Of a DNA stretch of 64,000 bases, positions 1 to 9,710 are shown piece after piece. The stretch is from Candidatus Eiseniibacteriota bacterium (GTDB taxonomy: Bacteria > Eisenbacteria > RBG-16-71-46). The first letter of the stretch is position 1. Each line of letters starts with the position of its first letter. The stretch is taken from assembly GCA_963725865.1 (NCBI GenBank), contig CAVSAC010000014.1:672001-736000 (forward strand), written 5' to 3'. The notes beneath the pieces are model-generated. The model worked only from the letters and a program-made list of their open reading frames with translations, was not told the DNA's origin and ran no database searches. Position numbers and translations under genes: made by a program.

Positions 1-882
1 CAGCCGGCGTGCCGCTTCCGCCGGAGTCGCGGCCAGCAGGCCGGCGGCACCCCAGTCCTCGAGCGCGAACGTGGCGCTGACGGCGCCGCGCGCGAGCGCG
101 TCGTCGAGCGGCTCGCCCGCCAGCAGTCCCGCCAGCACGCCGGCCGCGAAGCAGTCGCCCGCGCCGGTCGGATCCACGACCCGCGCGGGCACGGCCGCCC
201 ACGGGTGCAGGCGGTCGGCGCGCAGGTCGAAGAGCACGCCGCCGCGCGCGCCGTGCTTGAACACCACGTAGCGCAGCCGTCCGCCCGCGAGCCGGCCCAG
301 CGCCGCGCGGGGATCGCGCGCGGCGCCCGGCAGCCGGCACTCGTCCTCGCCCAGGAAGAACACGTCGACGTGGGCGAGCACGCTCCGCCACTCGGCGAGC
401 GTGTCCTCGGCGACCGGCACGTGGGGATCGAGCGCGATCAGGGCGTCCGACCGGCGCGCCAGGTGCTCGACCAGCGGGCGCTGCACCTCGAGCGGCACCG
501 GCGCGATGTGGAACGCGCGGGCGCCGGCATATGCCGCCGGCAGGTCGCCCGGGGCCGGCGAGACCTCGGCGTGGCTCGGGCAGCCGAGCCGGTGCACCAC
601 GCGGCGGATCGCGCCTTCGTAGAGCAGCCACGTGCGCACTCCGTCGCGCCCCAGCGGCCGGACGCCCGCCAGGTCCACGCCGCGCGCGGCGAGTGCCTGG
701 AGCGCCGAGGGCGGGTAGTCGTCGCCGCGCACGCTCGACACCCCGACCTTCAGCCCCCACAGCGTGGCCGCCAGCGACGCGTAGAGCGTGGCGCCGCCCG
801 GCTCGGCCATGCGGGTGCGGCCGTCGGCGAACACGAGGTCGTCGACCAGCAGGTTGCCAAGGACGACCAGGTCGAGACTCAT
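1..882 (-). CDS. PfkB-family carbohydrate kinase (3' end runs off window)
   Basis: Manual translation from ATG 882: MSLDLVVLGNLLVDD...EPGGATLY...VVDPTGAGDCFAAG (PfkB signature). No stop before position 1. Confidence 0.85.
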   Translation of the reverse strand, partial: MSLDLVVLGNLLVDDLVFADGRTRMAEPGGATLYASLAATLWGLKVGVSSVRGDDYPPSALQALAARGVDLAGVRPLGRDGVRTWLLYEGAIRRVVHRLGCPSHAEVSPAPGDLPAAYAGARAFHIAPVPLEVQRPLVEHLARRSDALIALDPHVPVAEDTLAEWRSVLAHVDVFFLGEDECRLPGAARDPRAALGRLAGGRLRYVVFKHGARGGVLFDLRADRLHPWAAVPARVVDPTGAGDCFAAGVLAGLLAGEPLDDALARGAVSATFALEDWGAAGLLAATPAEAARRL

Positions 883-1703
883 CGCGGGCCCTGGAGCCCC
901 GCGAAGGTGCGCGCGATCGAGCGCGCGCGGTCGGGATCGAGCGCCGCCGACCACACGCCGCCGCGCTTGACCGAGGATCCGACGATGAACCCGTCGGCGT
1001 CGTCGAAGCGCGCCAGGTTCGTCCCGTCGAGGCCCGAGCCCACCAGCACCGGCACCCCGACCGCCGCGCGCACCGCCCGCACCTCGTCCACGTCGGCCGG
1101 GCGGCCGGTCGCGGCCCCGGTCACGATCACGCCGTCGGCCAGGAAGAACTCCGCAGCGAGCGCGGTCTCGACCAGGTCCACGTCGGCGGTGAGCGCGTGC
1201 GAGGAGTGCTTCTTCTTGACGTCCGCGAACACCCGCACCGACTCGGCGCCGATCGCGCGCCGGTAGCGCAGCAGCTCGCCGGCGTCGGACTCGATCAGTC
1301 CCTCGTCGGCGACGTGGGCGAACACGAAGCCCTCGACCCGCACGAACGACCCGCCGCAGGCGGCCGCCACCGCGAGCGCCTCGCGGTTGGCGCCGGCCAG
1401 CACCTGCACGCCAAGCGGCAGCGCCACCTCGCGCCGCACCTCGCAACCCACCCGGGTCATCGCGGCCACGATCTCGGGGCCGACCGTGCGCTTCAGGTAG
1501 GGGCGGTCGTGCATGTTCTCGATCATCAGCGCCGTGAACCCCAGCTCGCGATAGACGCGCGCCTCGTCCACCGCCCGCTCGACGATGCGCTCGAGCGGCT
1601 CGGCCGCGGCCGGGGTGCCCGGCAGGGCGCCGACGTGGATCATGCCGATGAGCGCCCGCGGCGCGGAGAACAACGACGTCATGAGGGTGCGGCGGTCGGA
1701 CAT
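879..1703 (-). CDS. BtpA/SgcQ family protein
   Basis: LIGMIHVGALPGTP, IENMHDRPY, FADVKKKH and ADGVIVTGAATG motifs. Confidence 0.88.
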   Translation of the reverse strand: MSDRRTLMTSLFSAPRALIGMIHVGALPGTPAAAEPLERIVERAVDEARVYRELGFTALMIENMHDRPYLKRTVGPEIVAAMTRVGCEVRREVALPLGVQVLAGANREALAVAAACGGSFVRVEGFVFAHVADEGLIESDAGELLRYRRAIGAESVRVFADVKKKHSSHALTADVDLVETALAAEFFLADGVIVTGAATGRPADVDEVRAVRAAVGVPVLVGSGLDGTNLARFDDADGFIVGSSVKRGGVWSAALDPDRARSIARTFAGLQGPR

Positions 1704-1869
1704 GGCGGGCTCCGGGGTGGCGCGAGGGATCGCGGCGACTCTAGCGCAGCGCCCGCGGGCGCGCACGAAGCCTTGGAGGCGCCCGGCGCTTGGACTAGAT
1801 TCGCGAACGCACGGGGGCGGCACACCGCGCGCCCGCGCCCCGCGAGGGCCGCCCGACCGGAGGAACACC

Positions 1870-2520
1870 ATGCCGACCGCACGCTGCTGCGCCTCGTCCA
1901 CCCGCCCGCTGACCGCGTCGCTGCTGGTGCTCGCGCTCGCCGTGCCGATCGGCGGCTGCGCGACGTCCGGGCTCACCGAGCAGTGGCGCGACACCCAGTA
2001 CGCCGCCCACCCGCTGACGAAGGTGCTGGTCATCGGCGTCAAGAAGGACCCGACGCGCCGCCGCATGATGGAGGATGCGTTCGTGGCCGCGCTCGCGAAG
2101 CACGGCGCCACCGCGACCGCCTCGTACCGCCTGTTCGCAGACGACCTCCCGGACACCCAGCAGGTCGTCGACGTGGTGCGCGCGAACGGCTACGACGGCG
2201 TGCTGGTGTCGTCCAAGCTGGCGAGCGTCACGAGCACACGCGAGGTCCCCGGCTACTCGACGCGCGAGTCGCGGTCGCGCTACGACCCGTGGGCGCAGCG
2301 GTACCACTCGTATTTCGTCGAGGTCCACCACGACGGCTACACCGAGACGGAGCGCCTGGTGCGCCACCGCGTCGACGTGTGGGTCGCGGGGAACGGCGGC
2401 CGCCTGGTGTGGACCGCGATCGGCAGCAGCGTCGATCCCGGATCCGGGGCCGAGGTGGACCACGACATCACGAGCCACGTGGTGCCCTCGCTGGTCAAGG
2501 CGGGCCTCGTCGCGAAGTGA
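1870..2520 (+). CDS. Putative lipoprotein (DUF4136-like)
   Basis: RBS GGAGG. Signal peptide with lipobox IGGC; KVLVIGV...RRRMMEDAFV; RLVWTA. Confidence 0.65.
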   Translation: MPTARCCASSTRPLTASLLVLALAVPIGGCATSGLTEQWRDTQYAAHPLTKVLVIGVKKDPTRRRMMEDAFVAALAKHGATATASYRLFADDLPDTQQVVDVVRANGYDGVLVSSKLASVTSTREVPGYSTRESRSRYDPWAQRYHSYFVEVHHDGYTETERLVRHRVDVWVAGNGGRLVWTAIGSSVDPGSGAEVDHDITSHVVPSLVKAGLVAK

Positions 2521-2540
2521 CCGCGGCGCTCCCGCGCACG

Positions 2541-2572
2541 CGAAGGCCCGGGGCGGCAGCCCCGGGCCTTCG
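2541..2572. terminator. Hairpin between convergent genes (likely bidirectional terminator)
   Basis: Perfect 14-bp stem CGAAGGCCCGGGGC-ggca-GCCCCGGGCCTTCG. Confidence 0.6.
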
Positions 2573-2630
2573 TGCTGGAGCGCGATCACGTGCGTGCGCG
2601 ACGGGAACCCCGGACCGACGGATGCCGGCG

Positions 2631-4460
2631 CTACGCCGCTTCGCGCGCGCCGGTGTCCTGGCGCATCGGCAGCTCGACGACGAACGTGCTGCCCTCGCCC
2701 GGCCGGCTCTCCGCGCTCAGCGTGCCACCGTGCGCCTCGATGATGGCGCTCGCGATCGGCAGTCCCAGCCCGAGGCCCGGGGCGTCGAAGTCCAGGCCGG
2801 CCGAGGAGCGGTGCTTGAGCGGGTCCCCGGGCGTGAACCCGTCGGCCAGTACCGCCTCGAGGCGGTCCGGCTCGATGCCGACGCCGGTGTCCTGCACCTC
2901 GATCCGCAGCCGCCCCGCCCGCTCGCGTGCCCGTACGATCACGCGGCCCCCGTCGGGCGTGAAGCGGATGCCGTTCGTGATCAGCTGGAACAGCGCCTGC
3001 TCGAGGCTCTCGGCATCCGCCTCGACCTTCTCCTCGATCCGCGGGCAGTCGATCTCGACGCTCACCGTCCGTCCGGTGCCGGCCGCCAGTCCCGCCCCGA
3101 CCGCGCCGCGCAACAGCGCGCCCACGTCGTGCGGCTGCAGGTCGAGCACCACGCGTTCGCCCTTCACGCGCGCGAACCGCGCCGCGTCCTCGGCCAGCCG
3201 CGTCAGTCGCGTGAGATGGGTGCGCATGGTGTCGAGCGCCTGGCGCTGGTTCGGCGTCAGCGGTCCCAGTCCGCCGCCGACGAACACGTCGTGGTAGCCG
3301 ATCAGCACGCTGATCGGGGTGCGCAGCTCGTGGGACGCCACGCTCAGGAAGCGGCTCTTCAGCCGCGTGGCCTGCTCGAGACTGCCGAGATAGGCGCGCT
3401 CGCGGCGCCGCATCTCGTCGAAGCGCGTGGCGAGGTAGCCCAGCTCGTCGTTGGCGCGCACGTCGAGCGGATGGTCGTAGTTCCCATGCTCCATCTCCTG
3501 CGCGCCGCGCACCAGGTGCTGCACCGGTCGCAGGACCTGCTCGCTGAACAGCAGCCCGGTCACGAGTGCCGCCAGCAGCGCGATCGCCGCCAGCACCAGC
3601 AGGTCGCGGCGCATGCGGCTCTGGAACGAGGTCTCGGGATCGAACGAGCGCTGCATCACGTAGTACTGCCGGGTCCCTTCAGCGGAGCCCGGGAGGCGCC
3701 GGACGACCGTGAGGTAGGTGGTGCGCGGCGCCCGCACGCGCTCGACCCGCGCGCGGCTGATGTCGGACTGCGCCGCCATGTCCAGGGTCTCGAGCACTCG
3801 CACCAGCGCGGTCTTGTCGCCGGGGGCCTCGAGCGTAGTGCCCGTGATCGTGGGGCCGGAGAAGAACGTGACCTGGCAGTACATCTCGGCCTTCAACTCG
3901 CGCGCGAGGCTCGGCCCGATCTCGCTCCCCAGCAGGAGCGCGCCCACGATGCGCCCATCCGCGCGGACCGGCACCAGCGCGACCTGGTAGTGGGCCCGCG
4001 GCTCGATCAGGATGCCCTCGACCGGCGAGCCACGCAGCACGTGGGACACGAACTCCGCGCGCGCCGCCGCCGACGAGGACACCGTGCCGACCGAGGCCAG
4101 CACCCGGCCGCGGCGGTCGAGGACCTCGAACAGGTCGGTCTGCGCGATCAGGTTGAAGTCCTTCGCCATGTCGCGGACGGTGTTGACGAAGCGGCTGTCG
4201 CGCTGGGCCGGGCCCAGCATCAGCAGCGAGAAGAAGCGCGGATCGCGCGCGATCACCCGCCCGCCGCCGGCCAGCTCGCGCGAGCGGGTCTCGAGCATGC
4301 TCTCGAACACCGCGACGGAGCGTCGCAGGCTCTCGTGGATGCTCGAGGAGTCCACGTGCTCGGTGACGTTGTGGCTCACCGTCGCGAGGGTGGCCACCGC
4401 GAGAGTGGCCGGCGTGACCACCACCAGCAGGAGGATCTTCCAGCGCAGGCTGATCTTCAT
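2631..4460 (-). CDS. HAMP-domain sensor histidine kinase
   Basis: Two TM segments, HAMP, H-box SHELRTP, NGIRFT, DTGVGI and GLGLGL. Confidence 0.92.
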   Translation of the reverse strand: MKISLRWKILLLVVVTPATLAVATLATVSHNVTEHVDSSSIHESLRRSVAVFESMLETRSRELAGGGRVIARDPRFFSLLMLGPAQRDSRFVNTVRDMAKDFNLIAQTDLFEVLDRRGRVLASVGTVSSSAAARAEFVSHVLRGSPVEGILIEPRAHYQVALVPVRADGRIVGALLLGSEIGPSLARELKAEMYCQVTFFSGPTITGTTLEAPGDKTALVRVLETLDMAAQSDISRARVERVRAPRTTYLTVVRRLPGSAEGTRQYYVMQRSFDPETSFQSRMRRDLLVLAAIALLAALVTGLLFSEQVLRPVQHLVRGAQEMEHGNYDHPLDVRANDELGYLATRFDEMRRRERAYLGSLEQATRLKSRFLSVASHELRTPISVLIGYHDVFVGGGLGPLTPNQRQALDTMRTHLTRLTRLAEDAARFARVKGERVVLDLQPHDVGALLRGAVGAGLAAGTGRTVSVEIDCPRIEEKVEADAESLEQALFQLITNGIRFTPDGGRVIVRARERAGRLRIEVQDTGVGIEPDRLEAVLADGFTPGDPLKHRSSAGLDFDAPGLGLGLPIASAIIEAHGGTLSAESRPGEGSTFVVELPMRQDTGAREAA

Positions 4461-4462
4461 CG

Positions 4463-5128
4463 TCACTTCACCAGGTCCAGCACGAGGTCGCCGCGCCTGG
4501 GGACCTCGGCCGCGCACGTGAACTCACCGGAGCGCGGGTGGAACACGTGCACCGTGTAGGTGCCCGGCGGCAGCTTCGGCAGGCGGTAGTGCCCGACCGA
4601 GTCCGGCCGCGCGTAGGCGTGGTTGGGCGTCACGACCACGTAGCCCAGCTCGTCCGGATGGATGTCGCAGTGCAGGTTGACCACCCCGGCGCGGTCGAAC
4701 CGCACCGTGTCGCGGGAGCCCGGCGCGTGCTTGCCGAGGTCGAAGCGACGAGCGGGCGAGACGCTGAAGATGTTGTGATACACGCGGTCGAGGTTGAGGA
4801 ACACGACCTGCGTCCCGATCGGGACCATCGCCACGCGCGGATTGAACTGCGTGCGCTGGACGACGGTCAGCACCCGCGGCCGCGGCGACGCGTGGAAGAA
4901 CAGGAACCGCCGCGGCCGCGAGAGGTCGCGCTCGGTCTGCTCGGAGACCTGCTCGACGAAGATCACCGCATCGGTGACGCCCGGCTGGCGCTGCAGCGCG
5001 GCGGCGGCGGGCTTCGTCCGCGGCGGACGCGCGCCGAGCAGCAGCGTGCCCGTGATGACGCCGGCGGTGGCGCTGGTAGCGACCAGCGTCAGCGCGATCA
5101 CGAAGCCGGCCATCGCCGGATGCCGCAT
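4463..5128 (-). CDS. Secreted cupredoxin-like / carboxypeptidase-regulatory-like domain protein
   Basis: Signal peptide; FNPRV...FLNLDRVYHNIFS...LHCDIHPDE; C-terminal G.YRLPKLPPGTYTVHVFHP. Confidence 0.75.
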   Translation of the reverse strand: MRHPAMAGFVIALTLVATSATAGVITGTLLLGARPPRTKPAAAALQRQPGVTDAVIFVEQVSEQTERDLSRPRRFLFFHASPRPRVLTVVQRTQFNPRVAMVPIGTQVVFLNLDRVYHNIFSVSPARRFDLGKHAPGSRDTVRFDRAGVVNLHCDIHPDELGYVVVTPNHAYARPDSVGHYRLPKLPPGTYTVHVFHPRSGEFTCAAEVPRRGDLVLDLVK

Positions 5129-5452
5129 GCCTCCTCCGTGGGGCGCAGGCCGCACCGGGGGGCGCGGGGGCTCCCGCGCGGGTGCGCCTGAGTTCGCCAC
5201 CTTCATCGGCAGGAATGCGTGCGGTATTGAGGACGCATTCGGGGCCCCGCGGCCGTGCTCGCGCGGGAGGGGGTCGGCGACCGCGATCTGAAGGGCGGCG
5301 ATCGCGGCAGCGTCCGCCCTGGCTGCGAGCGCGAATCCGAGCGCCCCGCGGGGCCCGCTCGCGTTTCGGACGCCACGGCGCGGGCCGGCGCCCGCGCCGT
5401 GCGCCCTGCCCCGCCGGGATGTGGTGGCCCGGCGCGGCTCAGGATCCTGCGA

Positions 5453-5611
5453 CTACGGGGTCAGCCCGCACGAGCCACCGCCGCATCCGCCACAGGACGT
5501 GCAGCAGCCCTGCGGACAGTCGCTCGCGGCGCTCGTGGTGTCGCCCGCGATCGCGAGCGATCCGAGCGAGAGCAATCCCAGCACCAGCATGACCATCAGA
5601 TTGCGCTTCAT
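5453..5611 (-). CDS. Small secreted Cys-rich peptide (52 aa)
   Basis: RBS AGGAG. MKRNLMVMLVLGLLSLGSLAIA signal followed by GDTTSAASDCPQGCCTSCGGCGGGSCGLTP (6 Cys). Confidence 0.75.
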   Translation of the reverse strand: MKRNLMVMLVLGLLSLGSLAIAGDTTSAASDCPQGCCTSCGGCGGGSCGLTP

Positions 5612-5690
5612 GATCGGACTCCTGGGTTCATGTGCGTGACGTCCGCGTCGTGGTGGGACCACGCGCGGGATCCACGAACGGGCAGAGCGA

Positions 5691-6240
5691 TCAGGCGCGG
5701 GGCGGTGCGCGCGCGAGCGGTGGCGCGTGCGGCGCGGCGAGCACCGCGGACCGCGCGCAGGGCGCGTCGATGCGCTCCGGGGGGCCGGCCCGCGGCTGGA
5801 GATCGCAGGCCGGGACGAGGTTCGCGAGCAACGGCGCCGCGATCGGCGCGGGCAGTTCGAGCGGGCGGACGACGAGGCCGTTCGCCGGCGGGTGGAGGCA
5901 CCACACGTGGTCGCCGAACGGCGGCGGATCGGGCTCGCAATCGCACGGCCGCACGCACCCACTGCCAGATGCGGCGCAGGCCGCCGCGGACGGTGCGCAC
6001 GCGCATTCGCATCCGCCCGCGACGGTGCGCCGTCCGTCGACCCGTGCGCACGGCGGCGGCATCGGCCGCCGCCGCGCAGGGGTCGACGAGGCTCGCGCCA
6101 CCGGCCGTCGGTCCGGTCGCGCACGCCGTGCGGCACGCGGCCCAATCGATCGGACACCACTCGAACGACGGCAGCGCGATCCACAGCGCCAGTGCCAGCG
6201 CGAGGGGAGTCAGGGCGCGGTGTCGCGAGCGAGCGATCAT
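5691..6240 (-). CDS. Cys-rich leader protein ending in RAPP (DUF2946/CruR-like); one frameshift near 6050
   Basis: Frame from ATG 6240 gives a signal/TM segment (ALALALWIALPSFEWC). After a one-base shift it reads CECAC...CDC...APPLARAPPRA-stop. Confidence 0.6.
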
Positions 6241-6613
6241 GCGGACAGTCTCGGCCCGCCCTTCGCCCGCAGGTGTCCGGGGCGCGCAAAGAGATCGCTC
6301 CCGCGTTTTCGAGCCCACCCGTCGTGAACTCGCGGCGACCGCGTGAGGCTGATGGTCAGCCTTTGGCCGGCGTCGCCGGGATCGCCAGGGCACGGACGTG
6401 CTCACGTGCGAGCGCCCGCTCCCCGAGCCGACGACGGCGTGCGTCCCAGTGACTCGGACCGTCGGACGGTCCGCCAGTGGTGCGAGATCCCGCCAGATCG
6501 CCCAGTGCGGATTCAGCTCGGCGTCGGCGCCGTACCGCGTGGGGTGATGGTAGCCGGCGAAGCCCTCCGCCCGATCGCCGACCTCGGCGAGGATCGCGAA
6601 GCCATCGCCGCGC

Positions 6614-7087
6614 TCACCCGCGCGGCGTGCCCCCCCAGGACTGCGGGTCGACGTCGGCGATGGTCTGCGTGAAGGTCCAGCGATGGCCCTCGGGATCCTC
6701 GGCGGTGTACTGGCGTTCTCCGTACGGGTGGTCGGCCGGCGGCAGGACGATCCGCGCCCCGGCCTGGCGGGCTCGTTCGTGATGCGCGTCCACGTCGGGC
6801 ACCCGCACCATCACCGAGTGCGTCGCGCCCGTGGTGGCCATCGACCCCGGCTGCCGCGCATCGGATGCCGCGGCGCCGACACCACGCTCCGCCACGACGA
6901 GCGCGCCGTCGCCGAACGCGAGCTGGGAGCGATGGTCCGCGATCTGCAGCCGCTCCGTGAAACCGAACGCGCGCCCGAGCCACGCGACCGCACCGCGCAC
7001 GTCGGCGTAGGCCAGCACCGGAATGACCGTGCTCGGCGGGATCGAGCGATTGAGCGGCAGGGGCCGCATGGAGTCGGGGGGTGTCAT
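6614..7087 (-). CDS. VOC/glyoxalase family protein
   Basis: VIPVLAYADVRGAVAWL..AFGF; DHPYGERQYTAEDPEGHRWTF. Confidence 0.88.
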   Translation of the reverse strand: MTPPDSMRPLPLNRSIPPSTVIPVLAYADVRGAVAWLGRAFGFTERLQIADHRSQLAFGDGALVVAERGVGAAASDARQPGSMATTGATHSVMVRVPDVDAHHERARQAGARIVLPPADHPYGERQYTAEDPEGHRWTFTQTIADVDPQSWGGTPRG

Positions 7088-7115
7088 GAGCACGCTCCCA
7101 TGGTGGCGCTGGCGG

Positions 7116-7304
7116 TCAGGGCTTGCGACCGCGCGCGAGGCTGAGCACGCGGAACGCCCACAGCGAGAGCGCCGCGGCGGCGATGGTGATGAGCACATAC
7201 CAGGGATCCTTCAGGAGGTGCGGCCCTTCCTCGATCATCCGCCAGATGTGGGCCACGACGAGCAGGGCGAACACCGCGCCGGTGGTCATGACGTAGGCCT
7301 TCAC
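7116..7304 (-). CDS. Small two-TM membrane protein
   Basis: GTG start with AGGAGG RBS; two hydrophobic segments. Confidence 0.65.
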   Translation of the reverse strand: MKAYVMTTGAVFALLVVAHIWRMIEEGPHLLKDPWYVLITIAAAALSLWAFRVLSLARGRKP

Positions 7305-7321
7305 GCGATTGCCTCCTGGAG

Positions 7322-7834
7322 TCAGGGCTGCCGCAGCACGGCCTCGTAGACCGCGAGATCGCCGGGCGAGAAGCACGCGAACACCACCATCTCGAGGACG
7401 GGGCATTCCATCGCGGCCGAACGCACCGTTGCAACCGCAATCCTGGCCGCCTGCTCGATGGGGTACCCGTAGATCCCGGTGCTGATGCTCGGGAACGCGA
7501 GCGTGCGAACCCGGCTCGCGGCCGCGACCTCGATCGAACGCCGGTAGCAGGAGGCCAGGAGCTCGGGCTCGCGATTCCCACCGCCGCTCCACACCGGGCC
7601 GACGGTGTGGATCACGAACCGGGCCGGGAGCCGGTGGCCCTTCGTGAGCCTGGCGTCGCCGGTCGCGCAGCCGCCGAGCGCGCGGCACTCGAGCAGCAGC
7701 CCGGGGCCGGCGGCGCGATGGATCGCCCCGTCCACGCCACCGCCACCGAGCAGCGAGGAGTTCGCGGCATTGACGATCGCGTCGACCGCGAGCGTGGTGA
7801 TGTCGGCTCGGAGCGCGCGCAGCTCAGCGGGCAT
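7322..7834 (-). CDS. ymdB: Macro-domain O-acetyl-ADP-ribose deacetylase (YmdB-like)
   Basis: [38 protein letters not shown]. Confidence 0.92.
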   Translation of the reverse strand: MPAELRALRADITTLAVDAIVNAANSSLLGGGGVDGAIHRAAGPGLLLECRALGGCATGDARLTKGHRLPARFVIHTVGPVWSGGGNREPELLASCYRRSIEVAAASRVRTLAFPSISTGIYGYPIEQAARIAVATVRSAAMECPVLEMVVFACFSPGDLAVYEAVLRQP

Positions 7835-8501
7835 GATCGGCGCCCGGATCCCAGAAGTCGCCCGTCAGGCCCAGCCCCTCGAAGATGCCACGCATCTCCG
7901 CCGCGGCCGGACGCCGGGAGTCCGGCTGCAGGCGCGATCCGTACCAGGTGACGGCCATCTGCCAGAGCTGATCCATGCGGACCACCGGATTCGGGGTGAC
8001 TCCTCGCGCACGACACCACTCCGCGATCCGTTCCTCCGACCGGAAGAAGAGCATCGTGCTTCAGGTGTAGACGATATCGGTCCACCACCGCGCCGCCGGC
8101 ACGAGGCAGTGGAACAGCCACGTCGACGGCTCGGGCCCGTCGTCGCCGAGCCCCAAGCGGAGGGGCTCGAGGCTCTGCTCGCAGCGCGAGCGCACGAGTC
8201 CCGGCCGGCGCAGCGCCGCGACGATCCCGAGGGCATCCCAGGCGCAGTTGGCGTGGTACGTGACGCCGTCGACGTCGACCTGATGCTGGGTCGGGACGCC
8301 GGAGAAGGGGGGCGCCATGCGAATGGTGCGCCCGTCCGGTTCGAGCACCAGCAGCCGGTTCGCCCGCAGTCGAGCGTAGGCCTGCTCGATGGTCGCGGGC
8401 GCCGCGCCCACGCGTCGCGCGACCTCGTCGATCCGCGGTGGCGTGCCGGTCTCGGCGGTCGCGTGGTAGACGGCGAGCTTGACCGCGGTGTCGAAGTCCA
8501 T
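7824..8501 (-). CDS. Organomercurial lyase MerB-like protein, probable selenoprotein (in-frame TGA at 8061-8063)
   Basis: ORFs 8061-8501 and 7824-8054 are in frame: [21 protein letters not shown]. Upstream motif [16 protein letters not shown]-like hairpin follows the TGA. Confidence 0.75.
8031..8060 (-). promoter_or_regulatory. Candidate bacterial SECIS element
   Basis: 12 nt after UGA: UUCUUCC-GGUC-GGAGGAA stem-loop with a G-first apical loop. Confidence 0.65.
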
Positions 8502-8509
8502 CGGTCCGC

Positions 8510-9154
8510 TCAGCGTCTCGCGAACTTGAGGTGCGTCACGGTCGGCGTGGCGACCGTTCGCACCAGCTCGAGCCCGTGCAGATCGTCGCCGATTCCATCG
8601 AACAGTCGCTCGCCACGACCGAGGAGCACCGGCGCGAGACTCAGCTCCATCTCGTCCACGAGGCCGGCCTCGAGGTACTGCCGCGCCGCGCTCGCTCCGC
8701 CGGCGAGCGTGACATCGAGCCCGCTGGCGGCGCGCCGCGCCTGTTCGAGCGCCGACTCGATGCCGCCGGTCACGAACGTGAACGTCGTTCCGCCCTGCAT
8801 CACGAGCGGCTCGCGTGCGTGGTGCGTGAGCACGAACACGGGGTGATGGAACGGCGGGTCGTCGCCCCACCAGCCGTTCCACGGCTGCTCGGCCTTCCAC
8901 GGTCCGGGATGACCGCCGAACATGTTTCGCCCCATCACCGTCGCTCCGATGCCGGCGAGCGACTCCTCGATCACCCGCGTGCTCTCGTTGACCTCGCCGC
9001 CTTCGAGGCCGACCAGCGCTCGCCACGCCGCGAGCGGGTACACCCATTCGTGCAGTCGCTTGCCGCCGACGCCGAGCGGATGCTGCACGCTCTGGTCGGG
9101 GCCGGCGACGAAGCCGTCGAGCGAGATCGAGATCTTGAAACGCAGCTTGGGCAA
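8510..9154 (-). CDS. Dihydrofolate reductase / RibD C-terminal family protein
   Basis: ISISLDGFVAGP; VMGRNMF; GLVDEMELSLAPVLLGRGERLF. Confidence 0.9.
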   Translation of the reverse strand: MPKLRFKISISLDGFVAGPDQSVQHPLGVGGKRLHEWVYPLAAWRALVGLEGGEVNESTRVIEESLAGIGATVMGRNMFGGHPGPWKAEQPWNGWWGDDPPFHHPVFVLTHHAREPLVMQGGTTFTFVTGGIESALEQARRAASGLDVTLAGGASAARQYLEAGLVDEMELSLAPVLLGRGERLFDGIGDDLHGLELVRTVATPTVTHLKFARR

Positions 9155-9248
9155 GCGCTACCTCGCCTGGGAGATGGTCCACCGAGCGGCCCGTCGATGC
9201 GGCGACGGCCGGAAACCTACCATCGACGACGCCGGATTCGCTGAGTGG

Positions 9249-9656
9249 CTAGCGGGCGGCGCTCCGCTTCGGGGGCGCGGCGCGTTTTGCCTGCGCGCGT
9301 GCGGCCGCTTCCCGGGCGCGGAACTTCACGATGCGCTCGATCAGTTTCCCGGGCACCGGCTCCGAGAGCGGGAAGCGGATCGTGCCCTTGCTGATCCGGT
9401 ACGGCGCCAGCTCGTCCCCGAGCGTCTCGACGAGCAGCCCGGTGGCCGGATAGAGCGAGTAGTGCTGCTTCCACCCGGCGAAGTAGATCACGACGCTTCC
9501 GTGCAGCTTGTACGCGGGGATCTGGTAGCTGATCGTCTCCTCGGCGCCGGGCATGGCCTTGCGGATGATGCCGCGGACGCGCCGCAGGATCATCTGCACG
9601 GCCTTCGGCTGCGTCGCGATGTACGCGGCCACCGACTCGACTTTGCTCCTGGCCAT
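9249..9656 (-). CDS. DUF1801 (YdhG-like) protein
   Basis: AEETISYQIPAYK...YFAGWKQHYSLYP...SKGTIRFP. Confidence 0.88.
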   Translation of the reverse strand: MARSKVESVAAYIATQPKAVQMILRRVRGIIRKAMPGAEETISYQIPAYKLHGSVVIYFAGWKQHYSLYPATGLLVETLGDELAPYRISKGTIRFPLSEPVPGKLIERIVKFRAREAAARAQAKRAAPPKRSAAR

Positions 9657-9710
9657 CGTGACCTCGATTTCCGTGCGGCGAGCCGCGTCATGGGAGGCTC
9701 GCGTGGAACC

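Noticed and set aside
531..4559. 1342-aa plus-strand ORF and many similar long Arg/Ala/Pro-rich ORFs (e.g. 43890-46973, 46970-49903)
   Set aside because: Shadow frames of well-supported genes in high-GC DNA; no recognisable motifs.
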